From Phoronis australis (Eukaryota; Animalia; Phoronida), in assembly GCA_002633005.1 (NCBI GenBank), contig NMRA01000520.1:85029-128468 (forward strand): a stretch of 43,440 nt of DNA, given 5' to 3'. How positions within the stretch are numbered: position 1 is the stretch's first letter; each line of letters opens with the position of its first letter. Made by a program: the position numbers and the translations under genes. Below the pieces are notes generated by a model, which had not been told where the DNA came from, searched no databases, and saw only the letters and a program-made list of their open reading frames with translations. Below are positions 31,722 to 43,440 of the stretch, piece by piece.

Positions 31722-34700
31722 CTGTGAAATACAGGGGTCCAGATCATTTAGAGATTTGAGTAGCGACTGGATTTACACAGTGGTGATCGTGGTGTGAGCG
31801 TATCACATACACCTCTATCGTGAATGGTATTACATAAAGTACATGTAGTTTTGCGTAAACTATTCTTAACGTAGAATAGTACATTACTTTGAAACAACGA
31901 CCACTAAGGCTGCACTGGTACTAGGCCTACATGTAGTTAAACTTACCTGTAAGTTTGGTTACGTATGTAGAAAATGAAAGGTCACTTTGTTTAAACTTAA
32001 ATTAGTCGAGTGTAAATTATCAAAAAACTAGCAGCAAGAAAAATGCAGCGACATCTTTTGTCAGCCACCATAACACCTACATGAACATGTAATCAAAAAG
32101 CGATGTTTTGCTGAAAGCAAACCCCATGATCATCTGTCAGCAGCATATTACAAACTAATCAACATTGTATGAGGTGTGTCGAGTTAGCATTCAAGCTACA
32201 TATACATGTAGGTTATCAAAATGATGTCTGAATAATGTCTCCACTTCCAAAAAGTCTGAAGTCACCGATTACCCAAGCTACGTCATCAATACCCATTTCT
32301 GGCATACTGGCGGTACAAGAACACAGCCACAGTGGTAGCTACAGTACAGGTGGTCTTTCAATGTGTTTTGACTTTGAGAAAATATCTTTTGATTTAAATA
32401 TAAACTTTCTGTTAAAATTTAAAACCAAATTTCTAATGTTAAAGCTACTACAACTACTGGTTGGCCAGTAATCACGAAACAGGTTCCAACTTGTACACCT
32501 AAGCTTTATTCGTTACTGTTATATGCATTACTGTCGCGTAATCATCCTAGTATTAAGAAACCCTTGCATTTGATGCCTGGTTTTAGCAGCCAATGAAAAA
32601 TCGCTTTTTAACCGATTGTTGTTAATATATCCTTACTGAGGTGAGTCAGCAAAGTTTGCAATGTGGTGCCCACATTGGTTTAAGTCGTGTCATGGAATAC
32701 GATGTGAAGTAGAAAAATGATTAATAATTAATTGTCATGTCAGATGTTGAGCGATCTAAGGCTAGTGTAAATGGAAATGTCGTTTGTCAAAAATTGTTTT
32801 CAAACAAACCTCTTCCTCGAGTCATGTCGTCGCCAGGTGCTGTCCATCTCAAGGTAATCGTAGTGTTAACCAGATACACCGTTAGGTCTGTAATGCTAGC
32901 GGGAGGTATGTTGTCCGGTACCACGTAGTCGGGGTCCAAGGGGAAGCCACTGACGGTGATCTCGCCCGCTGTGTCGACTCTTTGGAACGCTGCTATTGTA
33001 TTCATCGTCGGCTCATTGCTGTAAAAGTCTTCCGCTGAAAGTTTGAAAACATCTGTTCAAGAAAGAATATCGAATATTCGAAAGTAAATGTGTGAGGATT
33101 GTTTTATGAAGCAAGTGTCGCGGATTTGAGAAGTGAGTAATCTCGCCATGCTTTCAAAGAATGCCTGTCATGTACACATTGTAAGATATTAGACATAGCC
33201 TGCAAATGCTAGTATGAACTTCATCAATACGTAATTCCGACAAGTATACCTGTGTCTTCAGACAAAATAGGTTGAGAATATAAGCCTTGGCGGCTAATCA
33301 CTTGCGCTGATTCTCCGTCCTCTGTTGTGACTTTAATTTTAACGCCGTAACGACCGTTTCCCTTGAAATCTTGCGCCATAAAATAACCACAATAACGCCC
33401 GTCCCTTGGTAACATGTCACAACCTGGAAAATAAATTATAACGCGTGTTCATTTATACGCAGTCGTTACTTTCACCCGTATTGCTACTTACGAATCGTTT
33501 GGTATTGGAAGTTAGCGCTTGCGCAGAGAAACTGTTTCACAACATCAACCGGTAATCTCTGATTAGCCATTGATGTAACGGTATTCATTTAATGTAGTTC
33601 TCTAATCATCAATCTAATTCCAAACACAGCAACTTATATCATTATCGGGGAGCAAATTACCTGCTCCGTTGTCGTCCAGTTGCACGATTTTGTTGAGCTC
33701 ATCAGGTCGTTCTATGTCCGCTTCTACCCTTGCTCCGGTTACAGGTTTGTACCCTTGTAGCACATCGGCGTAAACTTCGACGACAATTCCAGTTGTGAAC
33801 GAAACAGAGTCGACTTCCAGGTAAGAAACGACTCTGATTGGCTCAGAAGAAGAGTTGAAAGTGCGTGACGTCACACCTACCACTACTGCTTGAGCACTAC
33901 TCGATTTCACCAAATAAAGATACTTTCCAGACTGGAACATTTTAAAGTTAAAGTTGTAGTTCAGAATAGTGTGTATCTTTACTAAATGCACTTTTGAAAC
34001 ACACTGATGATATAATTACCTGTTATGGTTTCGGTTCTTCAAGGCAGACATACCCAGAGAGAAACTAATGACCACATGGTGGAGAATACGAGCAGGCTAT
34101 TCCAAACACTTATACATGTATTTTCCTTCGCTGGCCAGTTCTTTACTAGTCGTACAATTTCAGTCCACTCACTAAGACATTTAAGCTGAACCCTGCCACA
34201 AGCGGTATTGCTGATTGGAGCATTACGGAATTAAGTCGAGTGACGTTCAGAACAGCAGCCTGAATAGGAAAAGTATGTGACTTTGATGTGCCAAAAAACT
34301 AGCCTAGCTGCTTAGAAAACATGGCTTCACAACAGGAGCTTTGTATGCTGAGCCGGTTACTGTATACAAGAACATGTTATTACTTAGATTCCAACAATCA
34401 GTTTTGACCTTTAAGTGTGTGTTGTCGAACCTGGCTTACCTGTGCTACTCCCGGGATTTGAATCGTCACTAAATTAAAGTCTTTCTGATCCCTGTAAAAC
34501 TGCGAAGAGCTGTTGTACACAGTGCCACCAGGTGTCGTTAGTTGGACCTGTATTATATGTCATAGTCAGATAAGTTTGACAGAAACCTCCTCAGCGAAGG
34601 ACTGACTAGTAAACCACACATTTGAGAGAGAGTATGTTTTAAAATTGTAAACAGAAAACACTATGGTGTGTTTAAATCATTTATTGCAAATGGTCAGACA

Positions 34701-37700
34701 TTTTAGATTCAGAAACCTGCTTGTCAGTTGCAACTCGCTTCACATTCTTTCTACAACATTTCAAACTGATGTGGCAACGAGCTCCGTTTTTAGAGATCAA
34801 ATTACAATCTCAATAAACACGGATATCAAGAATCCTTGGTTTGACGGATTTCGATTTGTTTTTCAATATGATCCGCAAAACACCTCCATCCATTGAAATT
34901 CTCTCCAGTCTCGTACCAAACCCGTGTTCAAGGGAAGTGAATAAACATTTTGCAAAGTGTTCACACAATAGCCCTATAAAGTATTATTATAAACTTTGAC
35001 AGTATTTTTGTGAGTGAAGTTTAGTTAAAGTGGCATTAAACTCGTGTGTTCTGTCAAAACTGTTACATTGACCTCCAACTGTTCCACAGTCAAATTTGTA
35101 GTGACAAAAAGGCTTCCAGAAAACTGACTGTTCTAATTGCTTGATACCAGGTTAATAGCTGAATCTGATGAAGTAAAGACTCAACAATCAGTTCTTTGAA
35201 AGTCCTGAGAGAAAGACCCATTTTTTGTGAGGGGTACAGTGTAAATAGTGTTACTTTGACAGAAAGCACGGCAGGTTTAATGCTGCTTCAATGGATTAGA
35301 ACAGTCCCGGATTAGTACATACGTGAACTCCCCGTTTTGAAAGTCAGGCACATTTCAGTGTCTCTTAATTATGTCGGGAAGGTGAAGATTTCATATCACG
35401 TATTCGTTGTTATTTGTCCAGTTTACCAAACTTTCTCACGTTGGCCGAGTTGCAACCCGCAGCACAGCGGTAATATTTCATTGGCAGTGAATAGAGTAAT
35501 GCAACCAAGAAAAACTTTTAATCGGACAATAACGAACTCCAATTACACGGAAACAAGGCAGCAAATGTGCCCAATAGATGTTTACGTTATTGTCGGATTC
35601 AAGAGTCGCTGTCTAATCCCCGAGGGCCCTAGTGTAGAAAGTTCTTCCTTTGTAATGAGATAGCAGATTATCAAAAGTCGCCATTGATGTATTGCTAAGA
35701 GCTTCGGGTCAAGAGGTCTCAACAGCAGAGGTGCTCAGACAGAATACATGTATGTAAGCTATGCCAATACCTCTATAGTGTTTGAATACGAGAATGACAC
35801 GAAAGTCTCATTTCCAACCGTGCTGTCGATGTTGAAAGAATTCCTTTCTTCACCACCGGAAGTGAAAGTCAGGGTCTCGCTGACTACCTGTTAAATACGA
35901 ATTGAAGAATAACAAAGTTTTCAGAAATGTGTTTCTGCATTCTGCTATTATCATGGAGTGGAAACCGAACGTCGCTCACAGAACCAAATGCGGCATATGG
36001 TTATAATTTAAAAAGTTTATAACATGTAAATACAAAAAATAATCATGGATGTAAGAACACATGAAAACTCGAAAGACGTGAACAATTGAAACACTTGTCT
36101 TACAACTTTGAACTTGTTTTGTATTGAGAAGGGTCTGCACTTAAGATATACCTACGCATTGTAGTTGTCGAATAATTTAAGTCGAAGTTATCGGCGAGAA
36201 ATGTAATGAGAATTTTAACAGTATTTAAACGGAAAAGAGATGGGTTTAGATTTCAACGAATGTCTGGCATAGAATGGCAAGAATTGGAGGTATGCAAAAA
36301 ACACAAAAATAACAGATCAACGTTAATAACTTTAAGAAGACTATCTCATTGAACATAAATCCCAGACTTGTTCTTTGACCGCAAACAGGGCAATTTTCTT
36401 TTAAATGTGCTGTACACGTGCCTTAGTTACTCACCGTCACTTTTCCCGTGTTGGCTTGAGTCGGTCCGCCTGTCGCCAGAGAATTTAATGCATCCTGGAT
36501 TCCCGTGGACTTCTCGTTTGTAGAAGCGTACAAAGAACGACCTCCTGTAGACGCTGACAGAGCTGTTATCTTCCCGTCAGCATTCTGCCCGTAGGCTATA
36601 CTGTGGATGATGATCCCGAGTCTCTTTACTTCCGGTTCGACATCTTTGATGAATGGCGCGGAATTCTCCTTGCCGTCCGTCACGAGAATGATCTGACTAC
36701 CGACCAGGTCCTGTTCATCGGCGGTGTCCAACTTAAGAATCTAGAAACATTTTTCAAGAGCATGAAATATGAAGGGCTCCTCAGACGAATAGAGACAGCA
36801 AATTTTAGGAGAGGAACTGCTTGAGGTGGAAACTTTTCCAACTAGTACACTTCTGACTACTAGAATTCTATAAACGGCACCGGTTTCGGTCATGCGAGCG
36901 CCACTGATACCCGCCATCCAATCGAACAATTTCGGCTCTTCACCTTTCAGCGCATGTAATTCCTTTCCATGGAGTAGATATATATCAGGCGATGAGTGGG
37001 TTATTAGAGCGATATTTACGAAAGGTAGCATATTTTTTCAAATTTTGGCATGGCATGCCTGCGTTACAGAGGAATCCCTCATTAGAGCCACGTGTTCTCT
37101 TTGCTTGCAAGTCCACAAGGACTCTGAGTAATTTCGGGTTCCAACCTCGTTCTGGACATGAATCATCATCATACTTAGCTTGTACGTGCTCATTGTTATG
37201 TCACGTGGTGTAACCACGTTGGCCTAATGTAGTGCCAATCTTATGTGCACTTTTAAACCAGCGTTGCTGGGCAAATAGATGGCATGTAGCAATTGGGATA
37301 TGTGTAATAGACGAACCTCAGTAGCTCTCTGTATTCCAGCACCTATGCTTGTTGACCCACCGACATCAACAGGCAGCTTGGTTATCAACATGTTTCGATC
37401 TTCCGGATCGGTCACCTCGACTAGTCCTTGCAATGTTGTCGCGCGCGAATTGAAACTGACAATTGCAATCTTTGAGTTCAATTCCACTAAAGCGAGGATG
37501 AAGAAGCTAATCGCTTGTCGCATTTTCTTCAAAGGTTCTCCCTATAAATAACAGGACACTTTCGGTGTAGTCTACGCCTCGGGTTCATTAAATTCGGGGA
37601 GAAAGATAATTATTCAGACTGAGGATGAGACGGAACTGCACACCCAACTCCGGCTGGCAGGATGAGTGTTTAGTATGAAGCCAAAACCACACTTTAATGG

Positions 37701-40700
37701 CTTTCTTTTTTAAGAAATACACACTTTAACATTTAGATGTAGTTTATACTGCTGTACTAGTATGATTAAAAACATACTGTAGACAAGTAAGGTTATACAT
37801 CAACCCAATCACAATTAACGAATGGATCTGCAAGGCTACATATATGTCAAACGTGTTACACGTAAAAGATATAACTAGGCATTTACCCCCATCGATCCCG
37901 ATACGTCCAGAACGAGGCAAATTCTTTCCTTTTCACTTTCCTTTGATTTCTGTACAACTTGGAAGATGGGAGTAGTGTCCAATACCTCTTGCGGAAGACT
38001 TTGATCTGCAAGTAAAAAGAAGAAAGCGGATTTAATTTTTAGACAATTTGCTATACACCTGTTGTGTGTCAAGATAAGTCAAGATTAGATTACGTAGAGG
38101 ATTTAAGCCAAACATCTGCAAATCTATAAAGTAAGTCTCAGTAAAGTATTTCTTTCATGAAAATCGAAAGTACGCTGACATTTTTGGTTTTAATTATCTG
38201 CAATGAATTTGACCACTGACAGGGTCTGTCTTTTTAGTAAAATTTAGCAAAAACGACAGGTACATTCATACCAAGAGACAGTTATCGATAACATAATTGT
38301 GCTTTACATCAATATAGAAAAGTTCAAAAATGTCATTTCTTTTTCGTTTTTTTGCATTTTGAGATAATTATTAATAAACATTAGAAGTCCTGCTTTTGAT
38401 AACCTCTCACAAAAAATTGAACGTTCTAAAACAGACCTCTGCGTTTTGACGAAGGGCATAAAAAGAGTACCTGAAACTCTGGTGTGAATCCGATCATCTT
38501 TTTCTGAGATGTAATGTTCCGCAGTAAGCCAAATTTGAAAAACTTCCGTGTTCAAATATACTTTAAATGAAAGTCAGAAATGACGTAATAATGCGGAAGT
38601 TACAACACTTCCTGGGATCTGTTTCACGCCTTTGAAAGGGACTCAGCCACCTTAAATTACTTTTCTTTCCAATAATGTTTAGACTAATGCAGTATGGGTA
38701 AGTAGGTCGGTACAAGGCATCGGATTCCACTTTTCATTGTCAGGAGGGGCCCTTTTTGATGATGGAATATCATACCATTTACCTTTTAAAAATACTCGTT
38801 TTTTCTGACAGCCAACTAAATGTTTGAAGTAGAACACTGGCGTTTCTTTTGCTGCAGAGCACGCAAATGGAAACATACAGTGTTTGTCGTTTTAATTTAC
38901 TACTTGTCAAAAGTCTTCGTTATCCCCACAATGCCACCAATCCATTCCAACACTTAGCATTAAAGATGCTTATTCTTCAAACATAATTCTGTACACTCGC
39001 TCAGCATAAAGCAACTGCATATTTCACACCTCTTGCAAAGTCCGGGTGTCTCCGCATAATATCCCAGGCGCTTTTGCCTTTGCACCGTTTGTTCTGTCTA
39101 TTTGGCGCCATCGAGTTATGAAATGTGGCTGGACTCGACGAATCACTGTCGCAGAAGTCTTCAATCTCAAAAACAAATAAGAAAATTAGACCTTTAGCTG
39201 CAATTATAGAAATACGTAGCCTTACATAGTGTGTACATTGCATCCCAAGACACAACATATCACTTATCTATGCAGGAACAAGGACCAGGGGCCGTACAAA
39301 AGTGGGGATGACCTTGGCTGAGGGCACAGCAACCTGGCGTTCATGTGGCGATTGCGATAATATTTGCCACCCCACTGTTACGTTGGTTCTTTGAGTAGTG
39401 CAAAATGACAACGGTTATCATTGTCAAACATCATGCGCTCACTTAGCCTAAAACGGGATGCTCGAATTTTTGAGAATGTGGACCGTTTACAAATATTTTC
39501 CGGGTACTATAATAGCTATGAATTGTGCTTTTGCCAAAATTTGGTACATGTAGTTCTTGCCTTTTTATTGGACTTATGTCTCGCTTTCTACGTTTTTCGT
39601 AGTTTTGGTTTACCTTTTTACCCACTTCGCCAAAGAGAGGGGGGGGGGCTAATTCGGGCCCCCAAGCCCGCCTAGGTGTAAGCATGTACATGTACATTTA
39701 CGTGAAAGTAGCATTTTGTAAGACGTTGCACATTCACCGTAGTAGTTAGCAGAAGGAAAGCAGGCGAGTGTCATCCAACAAATAGCTAAGTCATTTTTGT
39801 GTAAGCAAGCAACGCAACCCAAGAGACCAACAGGCTTAGGCTTACTCTATTCCGCCATACTAAACGAATCGAAACCAAACGGAAAGATAGCATCACTCCA
39901 ACTGAAGGGTCTTTTACAAAATTGCAATTTTAAAACAAAAAATGTTAACGTTTGAAATTTGTTAGTAGTGCCCTCTAATAAATAACATTTCAGAGATCCT
40001 CGTCTCATTCTTAGATCGTTTTTGGCAATTCACATCTTTTGTAGGTAGCGTTTTGAAAATCGCCTTCAGTTTGTTCTTTTGGCTATGTCCCCTCTTGAGG
40101 TCTCCTCTTTCGCAAAATGCAATTTCTGAATCGTATCTTTACGAGTCAACATATACATATGACGCACAAGCCTGGGATACAAGAAAACGGCATTTCTTGT
40201 CGAGTTTAGTTTGGCCATTTCCCAAAATAGTGTGTATCGACGCTCAAGCCGATTTGCAATGTCATTTGATACAATTGGTGAGAATTGATACTCCAATGGG
40301 AAAGGAGCTTCAATTTAAGGACAAGCGGATGGGGGGAGCGAGTTTGACGAAGCATATCGACACAACCGAAATGTTACCTTTTTGCCAAGAGGTTAATTCG
40401 CTCCCCTGCATTAAGTGAATGCGCCGCGAAACTGAAGAAATGTAAGCGTTACTTACATGTACAATTCAGTGTCAGTTTTGAAGACCTAGTAGCACGAGCG
40501 TCGTACCGTAGGGGGCCGAGGCGGCTATGGCACTTCACTTTTTTCATTGCTGCACCGCACATGAGTTGCACACATTTTAAACCTTATTATACTGTTATAT
40601 CATCTTAAAATGAAGCCTCCGGTACCTACATTTAAATCTTCACGAAATCCGTTGGCGAAAACCCTCACTCATCACGAACTGGAGCCGAGTAATATCCCAC

Positions 40701-43249
40701 TATTTTTAATTTGCTCCTAAGTCTGAAGTGAGATGCATTAGACAACTATTGGCAACTACTGAATAACAAGGCCGATTACGGCGACTGGGCTAAGCGTGTT
40801 TTACTGGGAGTAATTATCTCTGGTAAACGGTATAAAAAGCCACAAACATGCAATATCAAAATCATTCAGTAAAATTGCTAAACAGTTAGAATATTTTGAC
40901 GGTAAAACTTGCAAAATATCCAAAATAAATGTTGACAAGGAAAACTAAGACCCCGGTGGTCTCATGCGAAGTTATTAGGTGGCCGACGTCCAACAATAAA
41001 CGACTGGTGGCGAAATAACTTCAAAAAGAAAACTTAGTGTGCTGTCAAATGGTGGAATGTAGGTATTGAGTTAGCTAGCTCCGTGTAAAATTTGCGTGTC
41101 AAAGAGATTAAAAGAAACTGCGTCATGCTTCTCACAATACAACACTTTCCCATCGCCAACGTTCAGGTCATACAGTAGACTACAGTTCACAACACCCCTA
41201 TCCCCGTTTGCGTTTCCAATTGCGGAGTTGACATATTTAGACAATCGATGTATAGACTGTATTTTTTCACGTTCTCAATGATATTTTGACACGGAAATAG
41301 ACGGGAATGATCGATGATTTTATGACCTCGTCGGAGGTGTAAAATTGTGCTCAGAAAGGCTTTGAGTTCAAACACAGCAAGGAGATCCACTACAAATATT
41401 ATTTCATGTTACTTACTTAAATGTGTTACGCATACGAGTGTTTTAAACTATATTACCCTTCGAGACAAGGACTTTAAGAGAAACTCACCCCATTCAAAAA
41501 CTGTCTGAACATAAGTGAAGCGGGCGAAGTATCTTGAGTTCCGTCTGCGAGAAAATAGCAATCGTTCTCTGGAAGTCCAGTGGTTTGGTTTTCGAAACAC
41601 TCTCCCCGAGTTTTCAAGTTTATCAAACGGCCTTTTATATTAACTGTGCAGCTGAAAAATAAACCAACGCTTTATTTCAAATTCTACGGGTCAGCGTCTT
41701 GCAACTACAGTTTGTTAAATAGATAATTGGCATCGGAACCTTTGCAATACACATTACAGATTCGTGTTGGTCAAAACCATCATAAAGCGTATAATCTGTC
41801 ATCTGCGAGTTCATGAAGCCAAGTGAACATGACATCAACATTTTTCGAAATCAATTGTTTTTTGGGGAAAATAAATATTGAAATGTTATTCTTATTTTTG
41901 AATTGAAATGTAGGAACCAAGCAAAATGCTGATTGGTGAATGACACTGATGCGTTTTGTGAATAGTAGTGCTACAAATAAATGCACTTACACCTATATGG
42001 CTCTACTTTACGAATGGTCTTTAACCTAGTAAAGTTTTTTTCTACCTCGCAACACAGCTAAGCGTAACAATGAGCCCCGTACATGTGTATTCGAAAGTCC
42101 CGGAACGTCCAATTGTGCGTCTTAAAAACTTAATAGAGGGTCTACGTTTTGCTGAAAACACAGCGCAGCGATTGGGGAGTGCGTGGCGCGTAATAGGCGA
42201 AAATAAAAACAAAAAAGAGATCAAAGTATTTCTGGCAGATCAAATATTTTAGGCGACAACGTGGGTGAAAATGGTTGTCAGGCCACAAAGCAGCTTACAG
42301 GTTAAGATCCGAGGAACCTAGTTCTAACTGTGTTAAACACTAAAGTGATATCAAGGGGCATAAATGTACCTACCCAACTGGATGGATTTTGCCGCCACTT
42401 TTGTAGAACGAAGGGTCGCCTTGATACGCGTATTCGTCCTTAACACCCCACCGGAGATGAGCGAATTCATGCACTATAGTCTTGCCTGTGTTGAAATCAT
42501 ATTCTGAGGCTGGATTTTTAAGATTGCTTTATTTTTGTTAAAACTTCATCAAATGGAATTGAACGCAAGCTTGTTGAAATGTAAGCTCAAATGACGTTCA
42601 TACAACACAATTCCAAGTGTTTTCAAATTACCACCTACATATAAGCCGCCGTTCTGAGTGATACACGTAGCTTACTCTACCATTGTGGGTACTCACACAA
42701 CTACCGCCTTATGTAATGTGGCTTCCGCGGAATCCCTGCTCAGATTTAAAACATGTAAAATTGGAAGTGAAAAAGGCAAACACGGACAGGGATGAAAGTT
42801 ACGAACTTTTAATTAAATTACTATATCTTTAAATATTTAATGAATTCTCATTTCAATCTCATTTATTCGAGAAAAACTCACTTTAAAAGAGAAGGTGTTG
42901 AAACTAAAATGATATACGCTGTATGATATTTTAGAAAATTGTGAGTTGATTTCTCCTTCGTGAGCACTAACTTTATGTATATCGTTGCTTTGTCGTCAAG
43001 GAAACATTCTGTTTTCAAAAAGTATACCAAAAATTTAGCCAAAGTGTCACGACAGATTGGGATGAAGTCAACAACTACCAAGTGGTGGAGTACATGTGTA
43101 CTTACCATACGGACCCCAATATCTAAGGCTACGGACCTCATTCAAAATGTAGTTTGGTGTCAAATGCATGAACATTCCAGCCCTCTCACATGCAGCATAC
43201 CCCCAAACATACGGGGTATCGTTATCGCCCTTGTCAATTAAGATGTTCG
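31264..43249 (-). CDS. CLCA: CLCA-family protein, gene B (tandem paralog; 13 exons in window, exons 1-2 expected beyond the right edge)
   Basis: Exons: 43106-43249, 42374-42485, 41489-41651, 39030-39165, 37887-38005, 37317-37541, 36435-36740, 35771-35887, 34440-34547, 33661-33931, 33250-33423, 32810-33034, 31264-31721. Phases identical to gene A; nine exons have identical lengths; no in-frame stops; HEFAHLRWGVKDEY, VLDVSGSM, WTAPGDD and TM helix intact. Confidence 0.93.
32810..33034 (-). CDS. CLCA: Gene B exon 14 equivalent (FnIII)
   Basis: AEDFY..AFQRVDTAGEITVSGFP..PPASITDL..WTAPGDDMTRGR; 225 nt. Confidence 0.93.
33250..33423 (-). CDS. CLCA: Gene B exon 13 equivalent
   Basis: GCDMLPRDGRYCGYF..GNGRYGVKIKV..SEDT; 174 nt. 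Confidence 0.92.
33661..33931 (-). CDS. CLCA: Gene B exon 12 equivalent
   Basis: SGKYLYLV..VYADVLQGYKPVTGARVEADIERPD..LDDNGA; 271 nt. Confidence 0.93.
34440..34547 (-). CDS. CLCA: Gene B exon 11 equivalent (not in ORF track)
   Basis: Hand translation VQLTTPGGTVYNSSSQFYRDQKDFNLVTIQIPGVAQ; 108 nt, donor GTAAGC. Confidence 0.91.
35029..35287. mobile_element. Kolobok-type MITE
   Basis: TTAA-AGTGGCATTAAACTCGTGTGTTCTGTCAAA versus TTTGACAGAAAGCACGGCAGGTTTAATGCTGCT-TCAA: ~30-bp imperfect TIR, right TSD one mismatch from TTAA. Confidence 0.6.
35771..35887 (-). CDS. CLCA: Gene B exon 10 equivalent (not in ORF track)
   Basis: Hand translation VVSETLTFTSGGEERNSFNIDSTVGNETFVSFSYSNTIE; 117 nt. Confidence 0.9.
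36435..36740 (-). CDS. CLCA: Gene B exon 9 equivalent (VWA)
   Basis: ILKLDTADEQDLVGSQIILVTDGKEN..GKVT; 306 nt, donor GTGAGT. Confidence 0.92.
37317..37541 (-). CDS. CLCA: Gene B exon 8 equivalent (VWA)
   Basis: GEPLKKMRQAISFFIL..GGSTSIGAGIQRATE; 225 nt. Confidence 0.93.
37887..38005 (-). CDS. CLCA: Gene B exon 7 equivalent (MIDAS)
   Basis: DQSLPQEVLDTTPIFQVVQK..RICLVLDVSGSMG; 119 nt. Confidence 0.93.
39030..39165 (-). CDS. CLCA: Gene B exon 6 equivalent
   Basis: IEDFCDSD..HNSMAPNRQNKRCKGKSAWDIMRRHPDFAR; 136 nt; acceptor is GAG. Confidence 0.9.
39432..39686 (-). mobile_element. Dispersed CATG-ended MITE family, inverted copy
   Basis: Reverse complement aligns to 19624-19844 at both ends and internally (GAATTTTTGAGAATGT, AATTGTGC..TTTGGTA..GTTC). 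Confidence 0.65.
41489..41651 (-). CDS. CLCA: Gene B exon 5 equivalent (not in ORF track)
   Basis: Hand translation CTVNIKGRLINLKTRGECFENQTTGLPENDCYFLADGTQDTSPASLMFRQFLNG; 163 nt, donor GTGAGT. Confidence 0.92.
42025..42301. mobile_element. Possible piggyBac-type MITE remnant
   Basis: TTAA-CCTAGTAA ... TTACAGG-TTAA; short imperfect TIR only. Confidence 0.3.
42374..42485 (-). CDS. CLCA: Gene B exon 4 equivalent (HEXXH; not in ORF track)
   Basis: Hand translation GKTIVHEFAHLRWGVKDEYAYQGDPSFYKSGGKIHPVG; 112 nt. Confidence 0.94.
43106..43249 (-). CDS. CLCA: Gene B exon 3 equivalent
   Basis: ANILIDKGDNDTPYVWGYAACERAGMFMHLTPNYILNEVRSLRYWGPY; donor GTAAGT; 21 nt shorter than gene A exon 3. Confidence 0.92.
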
Positions 43250-43339
43250 CTAGAAATAGATAAAGCCCTGTTATTGGTAACTTACCGCACGAATTACATA
43301 TGACTACATGTGTCTCTCTCCGTCTCCCCCTCCCTCCCA

Positions 43340-43440
<101 letters not shown>

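Overview
AT-rich, intron-rich animal (probably invertebrate) genomic DNA. It holds two tandem minus-strand paralogs of the CLCA family (calcium-activated chloride channel regulator: zinc metalloprotease + Cys domain + VWA + beta-sheet region + FnIII + one TM helix). Gene A is complete: 15 coding exons reconstructed with GT-AG junctions and consistent phases, 24543 to 3674, 1090 aa, with an unusually long basic cytoplasmic tail. Gene B is 5'-truncated by the window edge: 13 exons equivalent to exons 3-15, 43249 to 31264, same intron phases, short tail. Introns and the intergenic spacer carry a Penelope-like retroelement remnant (GIY-YIG fragment between ~150-bp inverted repeats, each with a hammerhead-like motif), a probable solo LTR with 5-bp TSD, TTAA-flanked Kolobok-type elements, several MITEs and microsatellites. 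The palindrome TACATGTA occurs about 40 times, and at two sites a paralogous copy in the window shows it as TA plus a 6-bp CATGTA indel, as expected for a transposon excision footprint. I found no evidence of a wholly new multi-gene system. All coordinates and counts were derived by eye.
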